Part shown: positions 48,894 through 57,420 of the stretch, one piece after another
Layout of the letters: each line of letters opens with the position of its first letter
Numbering within the stretch: position 1 is the stretch's first letter
Source of the DNA: Corallococcus sp. bb12-1
GTDB taxonomy: Bacteria; Myxococcota; Myxococcia; Myxococcales; Myxococcaceae
Assembly: GCF_026626765.1 (NCBI RefSeq)
Contig: NZ_JAPNJZ010000012.1
Location: 13,012 to 77,011, forward strand
Length of the DNA stretch: 64,000 nt
Reading direction: 5' to 3'
Position numbers and translations under genes: made by a program
Notes under the pieces: model-generated
Database searches by the model: none
The model's input: the letters and a program-made list of their open reading frames with translations, nothing else
Told to the model about the DNA's origin: nothing

Positions 48894-50120
48894 GTGCGCC
48901 CCACCCCAGGTGAGGAGAAAAAGGGGCCCGATACGTTGTCGCCCTCCAGGGGCGCCACCGCGCCGGAGACCGTGGCGGTCTCCGATACCGACCGGCTCGT
49001 CCGCGGCCTCTGCGACAAGCGGATCGCGCTGCTTGGCGAGGACAGCCACCACGGAAGTGGCAGTACCCACGCCTTCAAGGCGGAATTGACCCGCAGGCTC
49101 GTGGAGGAATGCCAATACGATGCCTTCTTCATCGAGTCAGGCACCTATGACTTCCTCCACATCCAATCGGGGGTGGAGGAGGGCCAACCCGTCACCAACG
49201 GCGTCCTTGCGGCCGCGATTGGCGGCTTCTGGGCCAACGAGGAGACGGCGCCCCTGATTTCGTTCCTGTCCGAGCGGATCAATGCGGGCACCCTCGTCGC
49301 CGGTGGGATCGATGACCAGCTCAACCGGGGCACCTACGCATCCCGCCAGATGACGCGCGATCTCATGTCCTTCCTGGAGGGCCCGAGGCAGGCCGAGTGC
49401 ACGGAGAAGACCGAGCGGCACGTGTCATGGAAATACGACGACGCCTCCCTGCTCACGGTGGAGAGCCTGAAGTTCATCCTGGGCTGTTGGAAGGAGGTGG
49501 AGTCGGTGCTCTCCAGGCCCGGAGCGGCCGCGACAGCGCGGGCCGGGCGCCAACTGCAGATGGTCCGCAACCTGGAGCGGAACTTCATCCGGCAGGTCTA
49601 CCGGATGTCCCTGACTCCGGAGCAGAACAAAGGGGGTTGGGACTTGAAGGATTTCAACACGCGTGACCATTCCATGTTCATGAATCTGGAGTGGCTTCTG
49701 GCCCAGTCCCCCAAGCCTAGAAAAGCCATTGTCTGGCTTGCCACCCTTCATGCCGCCAAGGACCTCAAGGGCCTGGGGACGAACCATCGAAACAGGGTGC
49801 AGTTCGGAGCCCATGTTCAGGAAAAATTCGGCTCGCAATCATTCGCGCTTGGTTTTTCCGCGCTCTCCGGGCGCTATGCCCTCGGCCCCTCGGATCGCAC
49901 GCATACCCTCGCACCCGCACGGGCCGACTCCCTGGAGGCCTGGGCGTTTTCAAATCACACCTCGGACACCCGGTATCTGGATGGAAGCCAGCTTCGTGAC
50001 CTCGGGGCCAGGGTGGCACGTCCCCTGGATTACTCGTGGATGACGGCCTCCTGGGCAACGGTCCTGGATGGACTGCTGATCTTCCGGGAAGAGGCCCTCC
50101 CGCACCGGGTACCCTGGTGA
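48894..50120 (+). CDS. Erythromycin-esterase (Ere/ChaN-like, PF05139-type) family hydrolase
   Basis: …IALLGEDSHHGSGSTHAFKAELTRRLVEECQYDAFFIESG… and …KAIVWLATLHAAKD… resemble the two His-containing Ere motifs; GTG start; divergent from the NACHT gene. Confidence 0.5.
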   Translation: MRPTPGEEKKGPDTLSPSRGATAPETVAVSDTDRLVRGLCDKRIALLGEDSHHGSGSTHAFKAELTRRLVEECQYDAFFIESGTYDFLHIQSGVEEGQPVTNGVLAAAIGGFWANEETAPLISFLSERINAGTLVAGGIDDQLNRGTYASRQMTRDLMSFLEGPRQAECTEKTERHVSWKYDDASLLTVESLKFILGCWKEVESVLSRPGAAATARAGRQLQMVRNLERNFIRQVYRMSLTPEQNKGGWDLKDFNTRDHSMFMNLEWLLAQSPKPRKAIVWLATLHAAKDLKGLGTNHRNRVQFGAHVQEKFGSQSFALGFSALSGRYALGPSDRTHTLAPARADSLEAWAFSNHTSDTRYLDGSQLRDLGARVARPLDYSWMTASWATVLDGLLIFREEALPHRVPW

Positions 50121-50218
50121 GGTTCACGGCAGGGGACGCATCCACTCCGGACACCCATCCCCGCTCACTCCGCCCGCTTGCGACGCAGTGAGAGGTCCGA
50201 TTCGCCCGTGCGCGCATA

Positions 50219-50247
50219 TTGACATTTTATGCGCTGGCTGTTACAAT
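50219..50247 (+). promoter_or_regulatory. Consensus sigma70 promoter TTGACA-N17-TACAAT predicting a leaderless tetR-family transcript
   Basis: Exact hexamers with a 17-nt spacer; the ATG of the TetR ORF lies 7 nt after the -10 box. Confidence 0.55.
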
Positions 50248-50254
50248 GTTCCAC

Positions 50255-50812
50255 ATGCCAGCCGCCATCACAGATGAGGAGGCCGCCGAACGCCGCTTGA
50301 AGGTCCTGCATGCCGCACGGTGGTGCTTCCTGAACTTCGGCTTCTCGAAGACGTCATTCGAAGACATCGCGAAGCGCGCGAGTATCTCGCGAACGCTGCT
50401 CTACCGAATCTTCAAGGACAAGGAAGACATCTTCACGGCCGTCTTCGCGTACTGGCTGGTGGCGCGGCACCCGGAAGCGCAGCAGGTCGCCAACGGTCCG
50501 GGCAGCCCGTACGAGCGCTTGCTGAACGTGTGTCGGGTGATGGTGCTTGAACCCTGGTCCGACATGGTCGCGGCCCCGATGGGGACCGAGTTTTTCGACG
50601 TCTGCGCGCGGCTCGACCCGGGGATTGATGCGCACCATCGCAAAGTCGCACTCCAGTGCTTGGCGGCAATCCTGGGAGATGAAGAGAGAGCTGAAGTCTT
50701 CCTTCTCTCTCTCGAGGGCCTCCTTGCGGATGAACCCGCGATGGCAGTGCTCGAAAGACGGCTTCGAATTCTCGCGGGCCAGTTCGTTCGGCCAATGAAA
50801 TCTGATCAATAG
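50255..50812 (+). CDS. TetR/AcrR-family transcriptional regulator
   Basis: N-terminal HTH (…RLKVLHAARWCFLNFGFSKTSFEDIAKRASISRTLLYRIFKDKEDIF…). Confidence 0.75.
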   Translation: MPAAITDEEAAERRLKVLHAARWCFLNFGFSKTSFEDIAKRASISRTLLYRIFKDKEDIFTAVFAYWLVARHPEAQQVANGPGSPYERLLNVCRVMVLEPWSDMVAAPMGTEFFDVCARLDPGIDAHHRKVALQCLAAILGDEERAEVFLLSLEGLLADEPAMAVLERRLRILAGQFVRPMKSDQ

Positions 50813-50891
50813 CGTTGGTGGCGCGCGCTGACGGTCTCGTCGGCGCACCACGACGTTCAAGCCACGCAGCGCCATCCCCACAAAGGTTCTC

Positions 50892-51545
50892 ATGAAGATC
50901 ATCCTCTTCGGCTCATCCGGCATGGTCGGTGCAGGGACCCTGCGCGAAGCCCTCAATTCCCCCCAGGTCGAGTCCGTGCTGAGCATCGGGCGCCAATCGT
51001 GCGGCGTCACTCATCCCAAGCTGCGTGAACTCCTCTTGCCAGATTTGTTCGACTTCGCGGCCGTGGAGAACCAGCTCGATGGCTACGACGCTTGCCTCTG
51101 GGCCGTGGGCATCAGTTCGGTCGGGCTTGATGAGGCGGCCTACGCCAGGATGACCGAAGAGCTGACACTCGTCTGGGCCCGTGCCCTCTTGCGTCTCAAT
51201 CCCGAGTTCTCCTTCTGCTATTGCTCGGCTGGCGGTGCTGGCGGGAGGTCGATGTGGGCACGCGTGCGGCAGCGTGTCGAGGGCGCGCTCCAGTCAATGC
51301 CTTTCCGGTATGCCGGGGCGGTCAGGCCCACCTTCATACGGCCGGGCCCCGGCATTCGAAGCCGCACGCGGGCCTATCGGGTTGGAGCTGTCCTGCTGAC
51401 GCCGCTCTTTCCGTTCTTCGTCCGTGTCTTCCCAGCTCTGTTCACCACCTCCGAGACACTTGGCCAGGCGATGCTCCGCGTCGTCGAAGGACGCGCCGAT
51501 CGGTTCATCCTCGAGTCCGCGGACATCAATCGGGTCGGAGCATGA
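50892..51545 (+). CDS. NAD(P)H-binding (NmrA/atypical-SDR-like) oxidoreductase
   Basis: MKIILFGSSGMVGAGTL Rossmann start; 217 aa. Confidence 0.6.
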   Translation: MKIILFGSSGMVGAGTLREALNSPQVESVLSIGRQSCGVTHPKLRELLLPDLFDFAAVENQLDGYDACLWAVGISSVGLDEAAYARMTEELTLVWARALLRLNPEFSFCYCSAGGAGGRSMWARVRQRVEGALQSMPFRYAGAVRPTFIRPGPGIRSRTRAYRVGAVLLTPLFPFFVRVFPALFTTSETLGQAMLRVVEGRADRFILESADINRVGA

Positions 51546-52231
51546 GCCTGGTGACGCCGCGCTCCAGGCGCCACGCGAAGCTCGTGGCGGTCGTCCTGGT
51601 GCTCGTCACGCTCGCGAGCGCCTACCACTTCGGCGTCTTCGCGCAGGTCGCCGACCCGAAGCTCCTCGTCCAGACGCTGGTCGCGATGGGGCCGTGGGGA
51701 TATCTCGCGTTCGTCGTCGCCTATACCGTCTTGCAGCCGTTCGGCGTGCCCGGAACGGTCTTCGTCGTCGCAGCGCCGCTGATCTGGCCGTGGCAAACGG
51801 CGTTCGTGCTCTCGATGATCGGGACGATGTCCGCCAGCATCGTCGGCTTCTCGTTCGCGCGCTTTGTCGCAAAGGACTGGGTCTCGGCGCGCATCCCGGC
51901 GCGGCTGCGCAAGTACGACGACGCGCTCGAAAGGAACGCATTCCAGACTGTCGTCCTCCTGCGCCTTGTCCTCTGGATGCCGCAGATGCTGCACTATTTC
52001 TTCGGTGTCTCGAAGGTAGGGTTCTGGACCCACTTCTGGGGTTCGCTCCTTGGCTACATTCCGCCGCTCCTCCTCGTAAGTTACCTCGGCGCGGAGATGT
52101 TCGATGCGTCGGGGAGGATGCAGCCCGGTGCGTGGCCCGTTCTCGCCGGCTTGCTCATCGCTTCGCTGCTCATCGCCGTGCTCGCCCGAGTCTACGAGCG
52201 ATGTCTTCGTGCCCGCTGGAGTTCTCCCTGA
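51542..52231 (+). CDS. DedA/TVP38/SNARE-associated family membrane protein
   Basis: ATGA overlap with the previous gene; characteristic …LQPFGVPGTVFVVAAPLIWP… re-entrant region and 4-5 TM segments. Confidence 0.7.
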   Translation: MSLVTPRSRRHAKLVAVVLVLVTLASAYHFGVFAQVADPKLLVQTLVAMGPWGYLAFVVAYTVLQPFGVPGTVFVVAAPLIWPWQTAFVLSMIGTMSASIVGFSFARFVAKDWVSARIPARLRKYDDALERNAFQTVVLLRLVLWMPQMLHYFFGVSKVGFWTHFWGSLLGYIPPLLLVSYLGAEMFDASGRMQPGAWPVLAGLLIASLLIAVLARVYERCLRARWSSP

Positions 52232-52521
52232 AGCGCGACGCGGCGGAAAAAGGCATTCATCTCTCCCTCAATCCGTTGGACCAGGGGTTTGTGCTGAATA
52301 TTGTCCATGCGCTCGCGAAGCCCTTCTCAAGCACGCCAGAGCAAGGCGCCGACTCCCTCATCTGGCTCGCCACTTCGCCGGAGGCGGCCTCTCTGATGGG
52401 CGAGTACGTCTCAAAACGACGGCCGGTGAAGCCGCGGAAGCAGGCTCTCGACCCGAAGCTCGCGGCCGACCTCTGGACGCTGAGCGAGAAGCTCTGGTGC
52501 ATGGAAGGGTTCGCCAGGTAA
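52196..52521 (+). pseudogene. Orphan C-terminal fragment of a classical SDR (retinol-dehydrogenase/WWOX-like), probable gene remnant
   Basis: …PFSSTPEQGADSLIWLATSPEAASLMGEYV…LAADLWTLSEKL… matches SDR C-termini (…TPEQGAATTVY…A…LW..SE.L), but no TGxxxGxG/YxxxK part exists upstream (the upstream frame is non-SDR and overlaps DedA). Confidence 0.4.
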
Positions 52522-52615
52522 AATCCTTCCGCCGCCGCTCATGTGCTGTTCCCTTTTAAAGAAACATGACCTCCGCCAACGCGCATGAAACCCTCGCGGC
52601 GTGCCGCCTGCTGGA

Positions 52616-53767
52616 TCAACTCAGCCACCAGGCCGCCACCGCCGCCGCGAGCAGTCCGCCTGTCACGCCAAGAGCCATCCACCGGCGCGACGGCTGTTCC
52701 GGCGGCCTTGCCGTGAAGACCCGGGGGCCCACGAACTGGGTTGGTGACTCCGAGCGGGGCGAAGGCGCCGCCCGCTCCACGGGCCTCGTGGGCAGGGCCT
52801 CCGTGCGCATCACCTCCGTGGCAGGTGGAGGCACGGGCACGGGTGGGGCCTGCCGTGGTTTGGGCGGCATGGGGACGGGCGGCTCCATCAGCCGGGAAGG
52901 GAAGAGCGGGGGCTCGCCCAACGTGGCCAGCTCCGCGCGCAGCGCCTTGGCCACTTCGGTCGCCTCCGTGGGCCTCGCCCGGCGGTCCTTCGCGAGCAGC
53001 GTCTCCACCAGCGACACCAGCGACGCAGGAATCCCGGGACGCAGCGGTGTGAGCGGCGGGGGCGCGTCGTACAGCACCGACTCCATCACCGCCCGGCCCC
53101 GCTGGATGGGGAACGGCCTGCGTCCCGCCAGCAATTCGTAGAGACAGACACCCAGCGAGTACAGGTCCGCCCGCGCATCCAGCGGCTCGTCGCGGATCTG
53201 CTCCGGGGACATGTACGCCAGCTTCCCCATCACCACGCCCGATGTCGTCTGCGTGCCTTCGGACGTCTTCACGATGCCGAAGTCCGCGATCTTCACCGTG
53301 CCCGTGAAGGACAACAGCAGGTTGTCCGGCGACACGTCGCGGTGGATGAGCTCCATCCACTTGCCCGACTCCGGATTGACGAAGCGGTGCACGTACGCAA
53401 GCCCATCACACGCCTGCGCGATGGCATCCAGCACTGGCGCCAAGGGCAACAGCTCCGGCCGACTCGCCGCGTGGATGTGCGCCAGGCTGGAGCCCGCCAC
53501 GTACTCCATGGACAGGTAGAGCTGGTCGTCGATGACGCCCGTCTCCAACACCCGCACCACGTTGAGGTGATGCAGGCCCGCGGCCACCTCCGCCTCCCGC
53601 AACAGACGGCGGCGGAAGCGGATGTCGGCCGCGTGCTCGGAGTGGATGCGTTTGAGGACGACCGGGGCGTCCCAGTCCTCGCGCTCCGCGAGCGAGACGC
53701 GCCCCATGCCGCCTTCGCCAATCTCCCGCAGGATGCGGTACGGCCCCAGTCGCTGGACGTCATTCAT
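52616..53767 (-). CDS. Membrane-anchored Ser/Thr protein kinase (C-terminal TM) with atypical catalytic loop HRDVSPDN
   Basis: GEGGMGRV, VVLKRI, HRDVSPDNLLL, DFGIV, YMSPE; Pro-rich linker; C-terminal WMALGVTGGLLAAAVAAWWL TM. Confidence 0.75.
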   Translation of the reverse strand: MNDVQRLGPYRILREIGEGGMGRVSLAEREDWDAPVVLKRIHSEHAADIRFRRRLLREAEVAAGLHHLNVVRVLETGVIDDQLYLSMEYVAGSSLAHIHAASRPELLPLAPVLDAIAQACDGLAYVHRFVNPESGKWMELIHRDVSPDNLLLSFTGTVKIADFGIVKTSEGTQTTSGVVMGKLAYMSPEQIRDEPLDARADLYSLGVCLYELLAGRRPFPIQRGRAVMESVLYDAPPPLTPLRPGIPASLVSLVETLLAKDRRARPTEATEVAKALRAELATLGEPPLFPSRLMEPPVPMPPKPRQAPPVPVPPPATEVMRTEALPTRPVERAAPSPRSESPTQFVGPRVFTARPPEQPSRRWMALGVTGGLLAAAVAAWWLS

Positions 53768-53830
53768 TCCGGGGCAAGCCTACCGCCACTGACGCCAGGG
53801 CCGCTGGGGGGAAGACAGCTGTTCCTCGCG

Positions 53831-54505
53831 TCAGCCGTTCGACGCCACCCGGGAGCTGTCCTGGGGCGGGGCCGCGTCTTCCTCGGCGCCTTCGCGCGCC
53901 TGGGCGCCCTTCGAGTGCGTCGAGCCCGACTTCCGGCTGCTCTCACCCGTGGAGATCCGACCGCCGCGCGCGCCCTCGGCGGGCACCTCCGTCGGAGGAT
54001 CGGCCTGCATTGTCTTCATCAGCTCCGCCACGGCCCGGGCGATCTTGGAACCCCACTCCGTGCCGTTCGGCTTCGGCGCTGCTTCCTCCGCCTTCCCATC
54101 GGGTGGAACGAAGCTGGTGCACACCGCGCCGGAGTGTCCGCCGCCGCTTCCTCTCACGCTGGAGCCCGAAGCCAGAGGATCCAACCCGGCGTTCCGGGAC
54201 TGCGCGCCTTCATCAAAGGCATCCTTCGGCTTTCCGGCGGAGGTGTCCAGCTTCGAGGGGTCGAAGGCGTTGTCGGAATCCCATACGCTCTGGGTCCTGC
54301 GGGAGTTCCCGCTGCCGCCGACGAGGATGCTCTGGCCGGAGGCATAGTGGGGCCTCTCCGCCGCGTCGCTCGGCGGAGGCGTCCCCCGGCCGAAGAGGTC
54401 GGGCAGCTTCGTGAGCGGGCCTTCGGGGGCCCTGGACTCCGCCGGGGGCGCCGGCTGCGGCTGCACGGACGGCACGGCACTCGACAGCGGGCGGAGGATC
54501 TTCAC
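53831..54505 (-). CDS. Hypothetical low-complexity (Ser/Gly/Pro-rich) protein upstream of the kinase
   Basis: ORF with acceptable codon usage; no motif; could be non-coding. Confidence 0.3.
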   Translation of the reverse strand: MKILRPLSSAVPSVQPQPAPPAESRAPEGPLTKLPDLFGRGTPPPSDAAERPHYASGQSILVGGSGNSRRTQSVWDSDNAFDPSKLDTSAGKPKDAFDEGAQSRNAGLDPLASGSSVRGSGGGHSGAVCTSFVPPDGKAEEAAPKPNGTEWGSKIARAVAELMKTMQADPPTEVPAEGARGGRISTGESSRKSGSTHSKGAQAREGAEEDAAPPQDSSRVASNG

Positions 54506-54670
54506 GGAGCACCTCGGACGGCGGATTTCCCTCCCCCATCATCGTTCGGGGAGTGTCCGGAGTTTCCCCTGTCTCCCAGGAAATCAAACTTCCGCGTCCT
54601 ACCTGCCACGGCGGCCTGCGTCACTGCCTGCCGAGGAGGGAGACGCGCGGATCCGGATCAGGGTTTCCCC

Positions 54671-56194
54671 TCAGGCCGGAGGCGCGCGGATCCGTTCGAG
54701 CCTACCGGGCCTCGGGGGCCAGGGCAGGCAGGTGACGTTGGCGGGCATGGACCACAGGGAGTTGCCCGGGGGCCCGGCGTTGGCGACGAAGAAGATCCGG
54801 TGGCCGATGCGCGTGAACCCCTGGGGATTGGAGCCTCCGTCCGGGTTGATGTTGGCGACGCGACCCGTGCCGGCGACCGTGCCGTTCGTCACCCAGGGTT
54901 CCAGGCCATCGTCGGGGGCCTGGCTGCCGAAGAGGAGGGTGCCGCTGCCGGTGGCGAAGAGCGGAGAAAAGCCATCCTCTGATTGGCTGAGTTGATCGCT
55001 GAGCTGCCGGGTCCCCGCCGCCGTGCCGTCCGTCACCCAGAGGTACGACGCCTGGATCGCGGGCCCGCCGTTGTAGAAGATGCCCAGGGACAGGTAGATC
55101 TTGTTGCCCTCCTGCCGCACTTCCTGGAGGAAGGGCTGCGGGTCGGGCTGTCCCTCGAAGGGATTGGGCAGCGTCGTCACGGTCGTCTTGCCGCCGCCCG
55201 TGAGCAGCACGCTGGCCAGTTTGACCCGGTCATCCGCCGTGACGTAGGCCACGTAGACCCGGGAGCCGATGAGTCCGAGCAACGTCGCGGAGTGCCCGAA
55301 GGTCTCCAGGCGCACCGTGCCCGCTGGCGTGCCATCCGTCTTCCAAATCTCCGTGTTGGGCCCGGTGTCCCGCAGTGTGAACAGGGTGGTGCCGCCCACG
55401 GCGCGCACGTCGGCCACCAGGGGCGTGCCCCGGTCCAACGACTTGACGAGGACCGTGCCGCCGGCCGTGCCATTCGAGCGCCACAGTCGCGTGCCGTTCA
55501 CCGCATCCTGGAGGAAGAACAGCCGCTGGCCGTCCGCCCGGAGGATGCTGCTCTCGACAGTCGACTGCGTCCCCAAGTCCACCGTCCGGACCGTCCCGGC
55601 CGCGGTGCCGTCCGACTTCCACAGCTCCAGCCGGCTCCCGGTGGGCGTCAACGACACCGTGCGGAAGAAGCTCAGCGCGCCGCCCACCTGTGCGGGGAAC
55701 GACAACTGCGTGCTCGCGGGCCCCGGGGTCAGATCCACGACGAGCCGCGTGCCCGCCGTCGTGCCGTTGGTGATCCACAGCTCCCGCCCGATGACCGCGT
55801 CATCGATGGTGAAGAAGAGCTGGGAACTCACGGCGGTGAAGTCGGCCAGCTGCCGGTAGCCGTTGGTGCCCTGCGAGGGGAACTCCTTCACCGGGACGGT
55901 CCCGGCGGTCGTCCCATTGCTCTTCCACAACGTCGACTGTCCGCCGAGGACGTCCACCGCGAAGAAGAGCGTGCCCTGCAGCTCCGACAGACCGTAGGGA
56001 CTCTGGAGCCCGGGCGGCGGCGGCGGCGTCCCCGGAGCGATGACGTCCTTCACCTTCACGGCGACCCCCGGGGCACACGCCTGGGCCTGGACCGTTCCTT
56101 CCGCAGGTGCGACGTCCACCCCGGTTTCCGGTTCCACTCCGCCGCACCCCACCAGCCCCACACTGACCAGGGCCCACCAGGCCTTCACGCGCAT
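54671..56194 (-). CDS. ELWxxDGT-repeat lipoprotein
   Basis: Lipoprotein signal (MRVKAWWALVSVGLVGCGG) and at least 8 repeats of (E/T)LW(K/R/I/V)(S/T)(D/N)GT(A/T)AGT (ELWKSDGTAAGT, TLWKSNGTTAGT, ELWITNGTTAGT, RLWRSNGTAGGT, EIWKTDGTPAGT, YLWVTDGTAAGT, EPWVTNGTVAGT). Confidence 0.65.
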   Translation of the reverse strand: MRVKAWWALVSVGLVGCGGVEPETGVDVAPAEGTVQAQACAPGVAVKVKDVIAPGTPPPPPGLQSPYGLSELQGTLFFAVDVLGGQSTLWKSNGTTAGTVPVKEFPSQGTNGYRQLADFTAVSSQLFFTIDDAVIGRELWITNGTTAGTRLVVDLTPGPASTQLSFPAQVGGALSFFRTVSLTPTGSRLELWKSDGTAAGTVRTVDLGTQSTVESSILRADGQRLFFLQDAVNGTRLWRSNGTAGGTVLVKSLDRGTPLVADVRAVGGTTLFTLRDTGPNTEIWKTDGTPAGTVRLETFGHSATLLGLIGSRVYVAYVTADDRVKLASVLLTGGGKTTVTTLPNPFEGQPDPQPFLQEVRQEGNKIYLSLGIFYNGGPAIQASYLWVTDGTAAGTRQLSDQLSQSEDGFSPLFATGSGTLLFGSQAPDDGLEPWVTNGTVAGTGRVANINPDGGSNPQGFTRIGHRIFFVANAGPPGNSLWSMPANVTCLPWPPRPGRLERIRAPPA

Positions 56195-56314
56195 GTCCGC
56201 TCCTTGCTTCCAGGAAACCGACGGACGTTGGGGGGCCTCGGGGTGAAGAGACACCCGCCCTGAAAGGCATGTGGGCGCGGGATGTCCGACGCTGCCGTGC
56301 CTGGAGCGGTGCGG

Positions 56315-57412
56315 CTACGGGGACGTCGCGACAGGCGCGCCCGGATGGGCGTCCACGCCAATCACGTCGCGCACGGTGGCGAAGCCGTCGCGGGCCAGCA
56401 GCGCACCCAGGTCACCCAGGATGCGGCCCACCATGCCCGGGCCTTCGTAGATGAAACCCGTGTACACCTGCACCACGGTGGCACCCGCGCGCAGCTTCTC
56501 GTAGACGTCCTGGGCGGTGAAAACGCCGCCCACGCCGATGAGGGGCAGGGTGCCCCGGCTGCGCTGGTACGCACGGCGGATGACGGCGTTGGACAGCTCG
56601 CGCACGGGGGCGCCGGAGAGTCCTCCGGCCTCCCTCGAGTGCTTGTGTTCGAAGGGGCGGGTGATGGTGGTGTTGGTGGCGATGAGGCCCGACAGCCCCC
56701 GCTCCACCGCCACGTCCACCACCTCGTCCACGGCCTCCGGGGTGAGGTCCGGGGCGATCTTCAGGAACAGCGGGGTGCCCGGCGCGACCTGGCCCATCCG
56801 CTCCTGCACCGCGCGCAGGAGCGCGGACAACTGCTCCGGCTCCTGGAGCGTGCGCAGGCCCGGCGTGTTGGGCGAGGACGCGTTGACGACGACGTAGTCC
56901 CCCAGCGGCGCGAGCGCGTCCACGCACGCCACGTAGTCGTCCACCGCGCGCTCCAGCGGCGTGTCCTTGTTCTTGCCGATGTTCACGCCCAGCGGCCCGG
57001 GCTTCCACGCGCGGCCCGTCAGGTGCGACGCGGCGGTGGCCGCGCCGTGGTTGTTGAAGCCCATGCGGTTGATGACCGCGCGGTGCTCCGGCAGGCGGAA
57101 CAGGCGCGGCTTCGGGTTGCCGGGCTGGGGCTTCGGCGTGACGGTGCCAATCTCCACGGCGGAGAAGCCGCAGGCGAAGAGCCCGTCCACGGCCTCCGCG
57201 TCCTTGTCCAGCCCGGCGGCGAGCGCCACCGGGTGGGCGAAGCGCAGCCCGGCCAGCTCCACGGACAGGTCCATGGGCGCCTTGAGCAGGGTGCGCTCGC
57301 GCATCGACTGGCAGAGGGACGGCATGCGCCCCAGGGCCGCCAGCCCGGACATCCCCAGCCGGTGGGCGGGCTCCGGGGGCAGCGTGAAGAGCAGCGAGCG
57401 CGTGAGGCCGTA
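56315..57412 (-). CDS. pyrD: Dihydroorotate dehydrogenase (quinone), class 2
   Basis: Full-length similarity (…GFNNHG…NVSSPNTPGLR…IGVGG… ). Confidence 0.85.
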   Translation of the reverse strand, partial: YGLTRSLLFTLPPEPAHRLGMSGLAALGRMPSLCQSMRERTLLKAPMDLSVELAGLRFAHPVALAAGLDKDAEAVDGLFACGFSAVEIGTVTPKPQPGNPKPRLFRLPEHRAVINRMGFNNHGAATAASHLTGRAWKPGPLGVNIGKNKDTPLERAVDDYVACVDALAPLGDYVVVNASSPNTPGLRTLQEPEQLSALLRAVQERMGQVAPGTPLFLKIAPDLTPEAVDEVVDVAVERGLSGLIATNTTITRPFEHKHSREAGGLSGAPVRELSNAVIRRAYQRSRGTLPLIGVGGVFTAQDVYEKLRAGATVVQVYTGFIYEGPGMVGRILGDLGALLARDGFATVRDVIGVDAHPGAPVATSP

Positions 57413-57420
57413 CATGCGCG

